This document shows, in pieces, positions 56,311 to 64,000 of a stretch of DNA of 64,000 bases; the stretch's first letter is position 1; each line of letters starts with the position of its first letter. The stretch lies in the IMG/VR virus record IMGVR_UViG_3300033993_001993; one strand, written 5' to 3'. Origin of the DNA: a virus (lineage: Duplodnaviria; Heunggongvirae; Uroviricota; Caudoviricetes). The notes under the pieces were generated by a model that was given only the letters and a program-made list of their open reading frames with translations, made no database searches and had not been told where the DNA came from. A program made the translations under genes and the position numbers.

Positions 56311-57456
56311 TTAATTATTTTTTTCAGTTGTAAGTTCGTGATCGTCATCATTTTGATATTCACTTAATAATTCGTCATTAGACATAGTTCCATATTTCTC
56401 ACTAAGACCATTCATATCAACATTATTGTTCATTATAGATTTCATCTCGTAAATTTGTTCCGCTAAACTAAGTGATGTAACGATCTCTTGGATGATTTTA
56501 TATGGGTCGGCGTTTGATCCTGGTCTACGATCTTCAACATATCCCCTCCATTCCTTTGCGGTATCTTGGGGAACTCTAATTGACGCTCCACGATCAGATA
56601 CCCCCCAACTGAATTTGTCAATTGACTGAGTTTCAAAATTACCCGTTAAACGTAACTCATTATCAGACCCATACGCCTTGATGTGATCATTATGTCTTGT
56701 TTCAAAAGCCCCAAATAATGACATAAAATATTTTTCATTACTTTCGTTTCTCATCATATCAGTTGAGAAATTTGTATGTAATCCAGATCCATTCCATTCA
56801 CCAGATCTTAATGGTTTTGGGTGTATGGTAATCTCATACCCGTATTTTTCCGAAATCTTTTCCAAAAAATATCTACTCATCCATAGATCATCCCCACCTT
56901 TTAACTTACCTTTTGATAGGACCTGATATTCCCATTGACCTAACGCCACTTCAGCATTTGTGCCAGTAATGTCGATACCATATTCTAAACACATATTGGT
57001 ATGTTCTTCAACAAAGTCACGACCAACTACGTTTGATCCAACACCACAATAGTATTTACCTTGTCCTTCTAGGGATCTTCTGTCGTGACCCAAAATTGGC
57101 CCATTAGGTTCTTTCATAATGAAGTATTCTTGTTCAAAACCAAACCATAAATCAGAAAATTGATTTCCAATTTTTGATCTCTCATTTGTTTTATGTGGTG
57201 TACCATCAGGATTTAAAACCTCACATAGAACATATATGGTGGAAATTTCTTCCGGTACATACCATCTAACTGGTTTTAATAGACAATCTGAATTATCAGT
57301 TTCTGCCTGATTTGTTGACGATCCATCGAAGTTCCACATTGGGAGGTTTTCTATTGATCCTGTTATAGTATCCTCATCAACAATCTTAACCTTACTTCTA
57401 AGGTTTGGTTCTGGGTTATATCCATCAACCCATACATATTCTAACTTAATTTTCAT
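56311..57456 (-). CDS. glnII: Glutamine synthetase type II (eukaryote-like)
   Basis: YVWVDG, NLPMWNFDGSSTNQAE, WFGFEQEYF, YYCGVG, GTNAEVALGQWEYQV, HPKPLRSGEWNGSGLHTNFST, RLTG.FETQSIDKFSWGVSDRGASIRVP and YVEDRRPGSNADPY match GSII blocks along the full length. Confidence 0.85.
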   Translation of the reverse strand: MKIKLEYVWVDGYNPEPNLRSKVKIVDEDTITGSIENLPMWNFDGSSTNQAETDNSDCLLKPVRWYVPEEISTIYVLCEVLNPDGTPHKTNERSKIGNQFSDLWFGFEQEYFIMKEPNGPILGHDRRSLEGQGKYYCGVGSNVVGRDFVEEHTNMCLEYGIDITGTNAEVALGQWEYQVLSKGKLKGGDDLWMSRYFLEKISEKYGYEITIHPKPLRSGEWNGSGLHTNFSTDMMRNESNEKYFMSLFGAFETRHNDHIKAYGSDNELRLTGNFETQSIDKFSWGVSDRGASIRVPQDTAKEWRGYVEDRRPGSNADPYKIIQEIVTSLSLAEQIYEMKSIMNNNVDMNGLSEKYGTMSNDELLSEYQNDDDHELTTEKNN

Positions 57457-57635
57457 TTATTTTCGTTTATGTAATTTATTATTTCTTCTTTTGTTTTTCC
57501 TTCATTATATAGATCACAAACTTCGCGTGAAAAATTGTCGGTGCAGAATACCGCATCGACATTTAAGTAAGTCATTATATCATTAATGTGAATTAAAATA
57601 TTTTCTTTCTTTAATACTCTCTTATTAAAACCCAT
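57453..57635 (-). CDS. Hypothetical small protein
   Basis: 60-aa ORF with a 4-nt overlap. Confidence 0.25.
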   Translation of the reverse strand: MGFNKRVLKKENILIHINDIMTYLNVDAVFCTDNFSREVCDLYNEGKTKEEIINYINENK

Positions 57636-58404
57636 CTTGTTCCGTTTCTTGATTTCTTTGAATCACTTTTGTTTGAGAGATCAGTCCAGCGATTCTTCGT
57701 TTAAACAACGGAAGTAAGGTTTCATTTACAGGAAATATACCACTTGACATCATATGGAACACCGGACTCATTCTTTTATCTTTTGATTCGAATGAAGAAA
57801 AAGTAGTGATAATTTTTGGGATCGTCAATTCGCCCATCTCATCAAAATAGATTAAATTGATGTTTGTCATACTCTGTGGGTTATTTTTTGTTTCTTTTTT
57901 GATTGTATATTCCCAAACGTATGTCTTTTTGGATTCATTTTCAGTATAAAAGAAGTACCCCTTTGGGTGTAGTATATTCTTTTTATTTCTTTTGATTTTC
58001 ATATCTAACGAATCAAACACGATAGACCACACCGATTTTGCAATACTAAAGTATTCCATTATTCGTGGTGCCGAAAATGTAAGGATATCTCTAAACTCAA
58101 TCATCTCGTCTTGCGAAAGTTCAGGTAGAGCTCTTACTTTTAGATCTTTAACTAAGATCTCGTCATCAATATTATTTAATTTTTTGTCCGTATAAACGAT
58201 TTTCTTATCTTTAATAAGTGCTTGGACATTCATTAGATGTAACGACAATTCAATAAACCCAGGATATAGTTCCAATCTATCTAATTTTTCGCCCATTTTT
58301 TGAAAATACGAAAGGAGTTTGTATTCCTTATATTCTCTATCTATTGGTTTTTCGAACATCCAATCGGTGTTCATTAAAAACTCTATTTTCTTTTTCTTTG
58401 CCAT
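57625..58404 (-). CDS. Hypothetical protein
   Basis: 259-aa ORF. Confidence 0.3.
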   Translation of the reverse strand: MAKKKKIEFLMNTDWMFEKPIDREYKEYKLLSYFQKMGEKLDRLELYPGFIELSLHLMNVQALIKDKKIVYTDKKLNNIDDEILVKDLKVRALPELSQDEMIEFRDILTFSAPRIMEYFSIAKSVWSIVFDSLDMKIKRNKKNILHPKGYFFYTENESKKTYVWEYTIKKETKNNPQSMTNINLIYFDEMGELTIPKIITTFSSFESKDKRMSPVFHMMSSGIFPVNETLLPLFKRRIAGLISQTKVIQRNQETEQDGF

Positions 58405-58447
58405 CCTATAATAAAAAAATAACGCAAAGATATAAACAAATAAATAC

Positions 58448-59662
58448 CTAATCTGTTGGTATCACATAATACCAAGTACCATTTATTCTGTCTTCATAAA
58501 TATCACTTCCATTATTTGATAGTATTCCATAACCATCGGAACTAACTATTGTGTTAGTAAGTTCACTAATGTCAATAAAATCCATAATAAATTTTTTATC
58601 AAACCCATAATCATCAATAAATGATTTAATATCGTCCGCATAATCATCAACCCTACTATTAATCTCCTGAACTATCTGATCTTCATCGTAGTCACCTTCA
58701 GGGTCTTCCATAATATTGTTAATTGTGTTCTGAAGTCCTTCAATCTTTTTTTGAATTGTTTTATTTTCTTCGTCGGTTAAACCCCCACTAATAAATTTAT
58801 TATTTAATTTCTTAATGGTATTTTCCAACGTACTTACCTGAGATTTTTGATAATCCGATAAAGCTAAACCTATATCGTAAGTTCCACCCGGGCTAGATCT
58901 TATATCGTCCTCATAGAATTCATATAACCATCTACGCCAATGTTGGACATCAATTGCGTCATTCCATACCCATTCTCTAAAAGCATCATATCCAACGTCA
59001 TCAACCAAATTTTCAATATATGCTTCTGCAGCCTTATCCATTTCATCCTGAGTATAAACGTCGTATGTGTTTGGAACTAGCGCCGATCCTCCTACCCATT
59101 CATATTTTTTTCCGTAACCATAACTACCCACCCCATCAGGGTAAATAAAGTATTTGTCTTCAGTAACTTCATTTCCTTCTTCATCTTCAACTTCCTCAGG
59201 AATTCCCTCTTCAATTAAAAAGTTGTATAACGCCTCCGTTCTTTCCGCATCATCATCACCACCAGTTGCAATATTCCATTCGTTGTCAGATCTTAACTCT
59301 TCTAACTCATCAAGTTTTTTTGCCAATTCTTGTTGTTTTATTATACTCCACATTGTGGATCCATAATTGTTAACATAACCATCAACCTCAATTCCGTTAA
59401 TATTTGGGACGTTTGAATCACTTATGTCCAATCTACCCATTACTCTAACAATACCTGTTAATTGTCCGATTTTTTTATTATTACTAACATCTAAAGGTCC
59501 AGTAATAACAATCCCTTTACCTCTATACGGTTTTAGTTTTGCAACTCTATCGGCAACACCACCAACATCCTCTAACACTTCTTTATATTGTTCGGGGGTG
59601 AGTTGAATAAGATTTTCATCTTGTTCTATAATAAAGTTCTTTATGAATTTTTTAATTGACAT
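58448..59662 (-). CDS. Hypothetical acidic protein
   Basis: 404-aa ORF. Confidence 0.35.
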   Translation of the reverse strand: MSIKKFIKNFIIEQDENLIQLTPEQYKEVLEDVGGVADRVAKLKPYRGKGIVITGPLDVSNNKKIGQLTGIVRVMGRLDISDSNVPNINGIEVDGYVNNYGSTMWSIIKQQELAKKLDELEELRSDNEWNIATGGDDDAERTEALYNFLIEEGIPEEVEDEEGNEVTEDKYFIYPDGVGSYGYGKKYEWVGGSALVPNTYDVYTQDEMDKAAEAYIENLVDDVGYDAFREWVWNDAIDVQHWRRWLYEFYEDDIRSSPGGTYDIGLALSDYQKSQVSTLENTIKKLNNKFISGGLTDEENKTIQKKIEGLQNTINNIMEDPEGDYDEDQIVQEINSRVDDYADDIKSFIDDYGFDKKFIMDFIDISELTNTIVSSDGYGILSNNGSDIYEDRINGTWYYVIPTD

Positions 59663-59749
59663 ATATTATAAATATCAAATAATTTTAATTTATTACATCA
59701 CATCCATTACGATTCGCATGACTTGTAATATTTATAGAATATAGTTATT

Positions 59750-60337
59750 ATGACTTCAGGAATATATAAAATTACAAATTTAAACGATAATAAGGTATAT
59801 ATAGGTAGCTCTATAAATGTCACTAAAAGGCAATATAAACATTTTTGGATGTTACGGAACAACAAACACGACAATCTCCATCTACAAAATTCATTTAATA
59901 AATTTGGCGAAAGTTCTTTTTTATTTGAGGTCATTCAATTTTGTGGTGTTAATAATTTAGTTTCATTAGAAAATAATTATATTATAGAATATAAGTCGAA
60001 CGATTCTAATTATGGATATAATTTGGCGAAAGTTAATGAATTTAGAAGAAATACCTATAACGACGAAGTTAAACTAAAGTTGTCGTTATATAATAAAAAC
60101 AAAAACGGTAATATAAATAAGTTCACTTTAACTGAAATTAATGGTTGTGTTTCGAATACTTTTGATAATTTATTCGAAGCGGCAAGATATTTAATAAATG
60201 GAGGATTCACAACAGGTTCTGAAAGAAATGTTAGACAAAAACTTTCAAACGCGTTAAGAGGAAAAATAATAAAAAATGATTATAATGGTACGATAAGAAA
60301 AACCATTTATAAACATAAATTTGAAACAATAAACTAA
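59750..60337 (+). CDS. GIY-YIG homing endonuclease (free-standing, opposite strand to its neighbours)
   Basis: GIYKITNLNDNKVYIGSSINVTKRQYKH...LQNSFNKFGESSF.FEVI...E..YI...NYGYN. Confidence 0.85.
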   Translation: MTSGIYKITNLNDNKVYIGSSINVTKRQYKHFWMLRNNKHDNLHLQNSFNKFGESSFLFEVIQFCGVNNLVSLENNYIIEYKSNDSNYGYNLAKVNEFRRNTYNDEVKLKLSLYNKNKNGNINKFTLTEINGCVSNTFDNLFEAARYLINGGFTTGSERNVRQKLSNALRGKIIKNDYNGTIRKTIYKHKFETIN

Positions 60338-60351
60338 TAAAACTATTAATT

Positions 60352-60498
60352 ATGTCATGCGGGTGTAAAAACAAACAACAAGCACAACAACCTCAAACAC
60401 AAACTCAAACACAACAAGGGGGGAGTAATACCGCCCAAAATAATACTAATGTTCAAGAGTCTGTCAAGAAAGTTATACAAAAATATTACAGAAGATAA
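60352..60498 (+). CDS. Possible small Gln/Thr-rich peptide (48 aa)
   Basis: Manual translation gives MSCGCKNKQQAQQPQTQTQTQQGGSN...; it sits between the endonuclease stop and a terminator. Speculative. Confidence 0.15.
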   Translation: MSCGCKNKQQAQQPQTQTQTQQGGSNTAQNNTNVQESVKKVIQKYYRR

Positions 60499-60521
60499 TA
60501 TTCGCGTATCATCTATGTAAA

Positions 60522-60548
60522 GGTGTTCCATTATGGAACACCTTTTTT
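60522..60548 (+). terminator. Rho-independent terminator (GGTGTTCCA-tta-TGGAACACC + T6)
   Basis: Perfect 9-bp stem followed by TTTTTT. Confidence 0.65.
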
Positions 60549-60570
60549 ATTAACCTAATATTTATAACAT

Positions 60571-61686
60571 ATGAGTTTAGAAAGAGCAAGAAATTTAGTT
60601 CAGTTATTTAATGATGGTGACTACGACGAGGATATTGAACCGTACTTCAATACCCTAATTAACTTCTTTAAGTTTTTAAAAAAATACGAAGTACTTGACG
60701 AAATCAATATAAATGATATACCTTCATCTGAATTAGATAAAGATGTTTTTGATTTTTTAATGGAAAATAATTTAATAACATCTTCAGATTATGATAATTT
60801 ACCTAACGAGTTTAAAAATTATTATCTATCATACGGGTTAGAACACGATTACGAATCGACTGTTATTTATATTACCTCAAATTTATTAACTGATGTCGAA
60901 ATAAGACCTGATGGTTTTTATCTACATTTAAGAGATCGTGAAGAACTTGCGGATTTTTTCTGTTCTAGTTCACGAAATACTAGTGCTTCAGATATCGCTA
61001 AAATTATTTTTGGTGAGGATTCCCACGAATGGTATTATGATGGCTACACAAAACCAAGTGAGGTAATTGGTGTTTTAGATGATTCAAACATCACTAGACT
61101 TAAAGATGTTATTTATAAACAGATTGGTTATAAGGAACTATCGTTGGAGGATTTAAATTCGGACTTTTTTGAGTTCTTATCTGAAGACCAGGGTACCGAA
61201 GGTTACTTCAGAATTAGACCTGAAGACCTTAATGGGTTACTTAACGATAGTGATTCAATGAACCAATTATTTAACGATGAATTATCCGATTTAGGTAGTG
61301 AGTTATCAAGTCTTTATAATATGTCAGAAAATACGTCTTACGAGGATGAGATTTCTTCATTAGTGTATGATGGTTTAAGTGAGTATTTCGATGGTAACGT
61401 CACTGAAACACCAAGAGAAGTTACTTTAAGAGATGGTACTAAAAAAACAAGATATCGAGTTAGATACATTAAAATTAGAGATTTTGTTGGTGATGTTAAA
61501 ACGTTTTTAAGTGATACCGCCGGTTCAGGTTATAACGATTCCATTCTAGAGTACCATGGTAGTTACACTAGCCTAATAAAAGATAACGATAGTTTGTTTG
61601 AATGTATTGATTTTAGAATCCCTGATTACCCTGACTATACACAAATCACTAAAAATGTTAACGAATATTTCACAGATTACATATAA
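60571..61686 (+). CDS. Hypothetical acidic protein
   Basis: 371-aa ORF preceded by the ATATTTATAA motif. Confidence 0.35.
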   Translation: MSLERARNLVQLFNDGDYDEDIEPYFNTLINFFKFLKKYEVLDEININDIPSSELDKDVFDFLMENNLITSSDYDNLPNEFKNYYLSYGLEHDYESTVIYITSNLLTDVEIRPDGFYLHLRDREELADFFCSSSRNTSASDIAKIIFGEDSHEWYYDGYTKPSEVIGVLDDSNITRLKDVIYKQIGYKELSLEDLNSDFFEFLSEDQGTEGYFRIRPEDLNGLLNDSDSMNQLFNDELSDLGSELSSLYNMSENTSYEDEISSLVYDGLSEYFDGNVTETPREVTLRDGTKKTRYRVRYIKIRDFVGDVKTFLSDTAGSGYNDSILEYHGSYTSLIKDNDSLFECIDFRIPDYPDYTQITKNVNEYFTDYI

Positions 61687-61734
61687 CTATTTATAGTTTC
61701 ATTTAATTCTCATATTAATTGTAAAAAACAAAAT

Positions 61735-62430
61735 ATGAGAAAATTAGAAAAGAACACAAGACGTTATTTTGTAAATCTATTTAGCGACTATATCCTTTCA
61801 AAGTTTGAGAAACAAGAGAACACAATCATTCAGGTAACCGATTGTGAAACATTTGTCGTTGTTAATGGTGTGACAACAAGTAGTAAAGAAATTAACTTTA
61901 ACGAACTTAAATACGAATTTATTGAATCATTTAAAGATCTATTTGAATCTCTTGAAATTAAAGACATTAATGTTATCGATATCATCAAATACGAACAAAA
62001 ACTCGAAGAATTTAAAAAGGGATGGATTTCAGTTAATAAATCACTTTATGTATCAGAGGAAGATCCTATTTCCGATATCAGTGTTAGTTCCGAATTCCCA
62101 TATGGACATAGTTTAGGTTGTGGTAGAGGAATGTATTACTACTCACACTATATCTTTAACCATATGTATTATTTGTTGGGGGTAAATGACCTATACTTCT
62201 TTTATACAACGGAGATGAATGATGATGAGGACTATAAAATTAAAATCACTTCGGACTCAAAATTACAAAAGAAAACAATTAGAGATTTAGTTTTAGATGT
62301 GTTTGATATGGATCTCACTGAGTTCAACCAAAGATTACAATCTTATGAATTTATGAATGACATATTGAACCCTGATTCACCAAAACCATATTTGGTTCAA
62401 GATAGGTTAGAAGACATAATGTTACTATAA
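61735..62430 (+). CDS. Hypothetical protein
   Basis: 231-aa ORF; CTATTTATAG lies about 38 nt upstream. Confidence 0.35.
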   Translation: MRKLEKNTRRYFVNLFSDYILSKFEKQENTIIQVTDCETFVVVNGVTTSSKEINFNELKYEFIESFKDLFESLEIKDINVIDIIKYEQKLEEFKKGWISVNKSLYVSEEDPISDISVSSEFPYGHSLGCGRGMYYYSHYIFNHMYYLLGVNDLYFFYTTEMNDDEDYKIKITSDSKLQKKTIRDLVLDVFDMDLTEFNQRLQSYEFMNDILNPDSPKPYLVQDRLEDIMLL

Positions 62431-62437
62431 AACAAAA

Positions 62438-62463
62438 CCCCATCCTTAGGATGGGGTTTTTTT
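62438..62463. terminator. Bidirectional rho-independent terminator (CCCCATCC-tta-GGATGGGG + T7)
   Basis: 8-bp stem with T-runs on both strands, between convergent genes. Confidence 0.65.
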
Positions 62464-62464
62464 A

Positions 62465-62752
62465 TTATCTTTCAAAAAATTCTTTAATTATTTCTAATCC
62501 TTTATCCACGTCTTCAAAATCTCTATCAGGAGCGTAAAGACCTGTATTTGGGGATTCACTTTCCGGATTCTCAATTAACATAAATGCCGGTACAAAATCA
62601 TTCCCCGTTGCTTCAACAAACAGATCGTATTCTTCTTCGTGATCGTCTATGTCTCTATCAATGAAATCGATTCCCTCCTCAGTCAACATTCTTTTAAAAT
62701 CGTGACAATGGGGACAACTTTTCATTGTGAAGATCACCGCTATCTTATCCAT
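62465..62752 (-). CDS. Glutaredoxin/NrdH-like redoxin
   Basis: VIFTMKSCPHCHDFKRML, i.e. a CxxC active site in a thioredoxin-fold context. Confidence 0.6.
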   Translation of the reverse strand: MDKIAVIFTMKSCPHCHDFKRMLTEEGIDFIDRDIDDHEEEYDLFVEATGNDFVPAFMLIENPESESPNTGLYAPDRDFEDVDKGLEIIKEFFER

Positions 62753-63059
62753 TGATTAGTTCAGTTACCATATCATTTATTTGACTTTCATTCATCACAC
62801 CAACTTGTGTGTGAATTACTTCACCTGTGTTAAACACTTTTACCGTAGGGATACTTCTAATTCCAAGGCTTGCCGCCGATTCTCTATTCATATCCACATT
62901 CATTGTATACATTTGAACGTCGCTTTGATTTGAATTCGCAACTCTTTCAAAAATAGGTTTCATCATTTTACACGGTCCACACCATTCAGCCCAAAACTCA
63001 ACAATTACTTTTTCACCGTTATTGATTTTTTGTTGTAAATCTACACTACTAATTTCCAT
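62745..63059 (-). CDS. trxA: Thioredoxin
   Basis: VEFWAEWCGPCKMMKPIFE, the canonical WCGPC motif. Confidence 0.85.
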   Translation of the reverse strand: MEISSVDLQQKINNGEKVIVEFWAEWCGPCKMMKPIFERVANSNQSDVQMYTMNVDMNRESAASLGIRSIPTVKVFNTGEVIHTQVGVMNESQINDMVTELING

Positions 63060-63393
63060 TTTTTTTTAATTTTTTTAAGTTTAATATAAAGAACTCAACG
63101 TCTTTTTTCTTTCTAATAGGATAGTAAATCTTACAAGAAAACGAAGAGATCGTTGCATCACTTTTAGATAAATATATGTAAATGTCTTCGTCAAACACAA
63201 AAATTGAATCTAAATAAACCACCCCATTAGAATATTCAATACCGTCCAACAAGTACTCATTAAATTTTGGTCTACCAAACAATTCGTAGGGTGATAATCC
63301 GTGTCCCTCTGATAATTCATTTATTGAGAACAACTCACCGGTCTTTTCTGTTAAGTTCCCTAAAAATCTTTCTTCGTGTTTAAAATTTTTCAT
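63049..63393 (-). CDS. Hypothetical protein
   Basis: 114-aa ORF. Confidence 0.3.
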   Translation of the reverse strand: MKNFKHEERFLGNLTEKTGELFSINELSEGHGLSPYELFGRPKFNEYLLDGIEYSNGVVYLDSIFVFDEDIYIYLSKSDATISSFSCKIYYPIRKKKDVEFFILNLKKLKKNGN

Positions 63394-63427
63394 AATTTAA
63401 GAAGGGGACTTTCGTCCCCGTGTTTCT

Positions 63428-64000
63428 TTATACTAATAATAACTCCGCCGCTTCCCAAAGTTTAGTGTTTAATCGATTTGATGCTTGAATACTTTGGATT
63501 CCTCTCAACTTTGTTGTTCTTCCTCGTTGTGACTTGTATGAGAATCCACCTCTCATCATCTTCTCTTGGATTACGTTGAAGGTCGTCCACAAGTCGTTTC
63601 CTTCATCTTCAGGTCTGAAAGGTGTTAGGATGTCACTCATATCTAATGATACGGGAGCACTTCCCACTGCCCATCTGATCTTAACCGCATCACTCACCAA
63701 ACGAAGTTTTTCTTTTTCTGTTAATTCACGTTCCATCATTCGGTTAACAGATGCTTCAATTTTTGGTAGTTTCTTTGAGAATGAGTCGGCCAATTCCTTC
63801 ACATCATCATAAGAGAAGTGGTTGTGTCTGATTGTGAATCTCTCGGCAACTGATGTCGGAACCGTAAGCCCGTTAGAACATACCAATCGGAATAAACCTG
63901 CTCCCATTGAGAACGCTGCTGTCCCGTCGTGAGAGTTACGGATTACCGCTTCAACTACGGTATCTCCAACTTTCGGTAATTGTCCGTTACGATATTTCAA
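63428..64000 (-). CDS. DUF932-like (phage/plasmid-related) protein, N-terminus beyond the window
   Basis: RNSHDGTAAFSMGAGLFRLVCSNGL resembles the DUF932/TIGR03299 conserved block; the ORF runs to the window edge and shows no in-window ATG. Confidence 0.35.
   Translation of the reverse strand: MKYRNGQLPKVGDTVVEAVIRNSHDGTAAFSMGAGLFRLVCSNGLTVPTSVAERFTIRHNHFSYDDVKELADSFSKKLPKIEASVNRMMERELTEKEKLRLVSDAVKIRWAVGSAPVSLDMSDILTPFRPEDEGNDLWTTFNVIQEKMMRGGFSYKSQRGRTTKLRGIQSIQASNRLNTKLWEAAELLLV

Noticed and set aside
1-64000. Eukaryotic giant-virus origin, suggested by type II glutamine synthetase, C-type lectin, low GC and GIY-YIG/HNH genes.
   Set aside because: ATGA-type overlaps and rho-independent terminators with T-runs point to a prokaryotic system. 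So do lipoprotein lipoboxes, T9SS C-terminal domains, the TonB-dependent receptor, SprB repeats and a T4-like RNA-repair set. The most parsimonious reading is a Bacteroidota phage.

Overview
The window is AT-rich (roughly 30-35% GC by eye), densely packed and almost entirely minus-strand coding. Stop/start overlaps of the ATGA type and stem-loop+T-run terminators point to a prokaryotic system. Content argues for a large (jumbo-type) bacteriophage or phage-derived element of a Bacteroidota (Flavobacteriia-like) host rather than ordinary chromosome. Recognisable phage functions are a GH19 endolysin with a peptidoglycan-binding domain, a ClpP-like protease, a thymidylate-synthase homolog with three insertions, a dNMP-kinase-like P-loop protein, an adjacent HNH + GIY-YIG homing-endonuclease pair plus a second GIY-YIG gene, an RNA-repair module (Rnl2/Rnl5-type RNA ligase, Pnk-like 5'-kinase, calcineurin-type phosphoesterase, AAA+ ATPase), thioredoxin and a glutaredoxin/NrdH-like redoxin, a beta-class DNA methyltransferase, DUF3310 and an RlpA-like protein. 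Interleaved are host-like cell-envelope genes: three proteins with type IX secretion (T9SS) C-terminal sorting domains (one with SprB repeats), an 853-aa TonB-dependent receptor, a secreted C-type lectin, a secreted Serratia-type nuclease, several lipoproteins, a glycosyltransferase cluster, and a eukaryote-like type II glutamine synthetase. Most novel: (1) two tandem paralogous genes (24.0-26.5 kb) built from about 11 and 15 copies of a 22-aa (66-bp) repeat with invariant core VEDTIQNGVKxT and a hypervariable 10-aa spacer; (2) a family of at least 7 proteins sharing the N-terminal motif MK-I-I-I-T-E-S/N-Q, which looks like a capsid-targeting/prohead-protease propeptide; (3) a recurrent ATATTTATAR motif upstream of genes. 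No rRNA, tRNA or CRISPR array could be supported.
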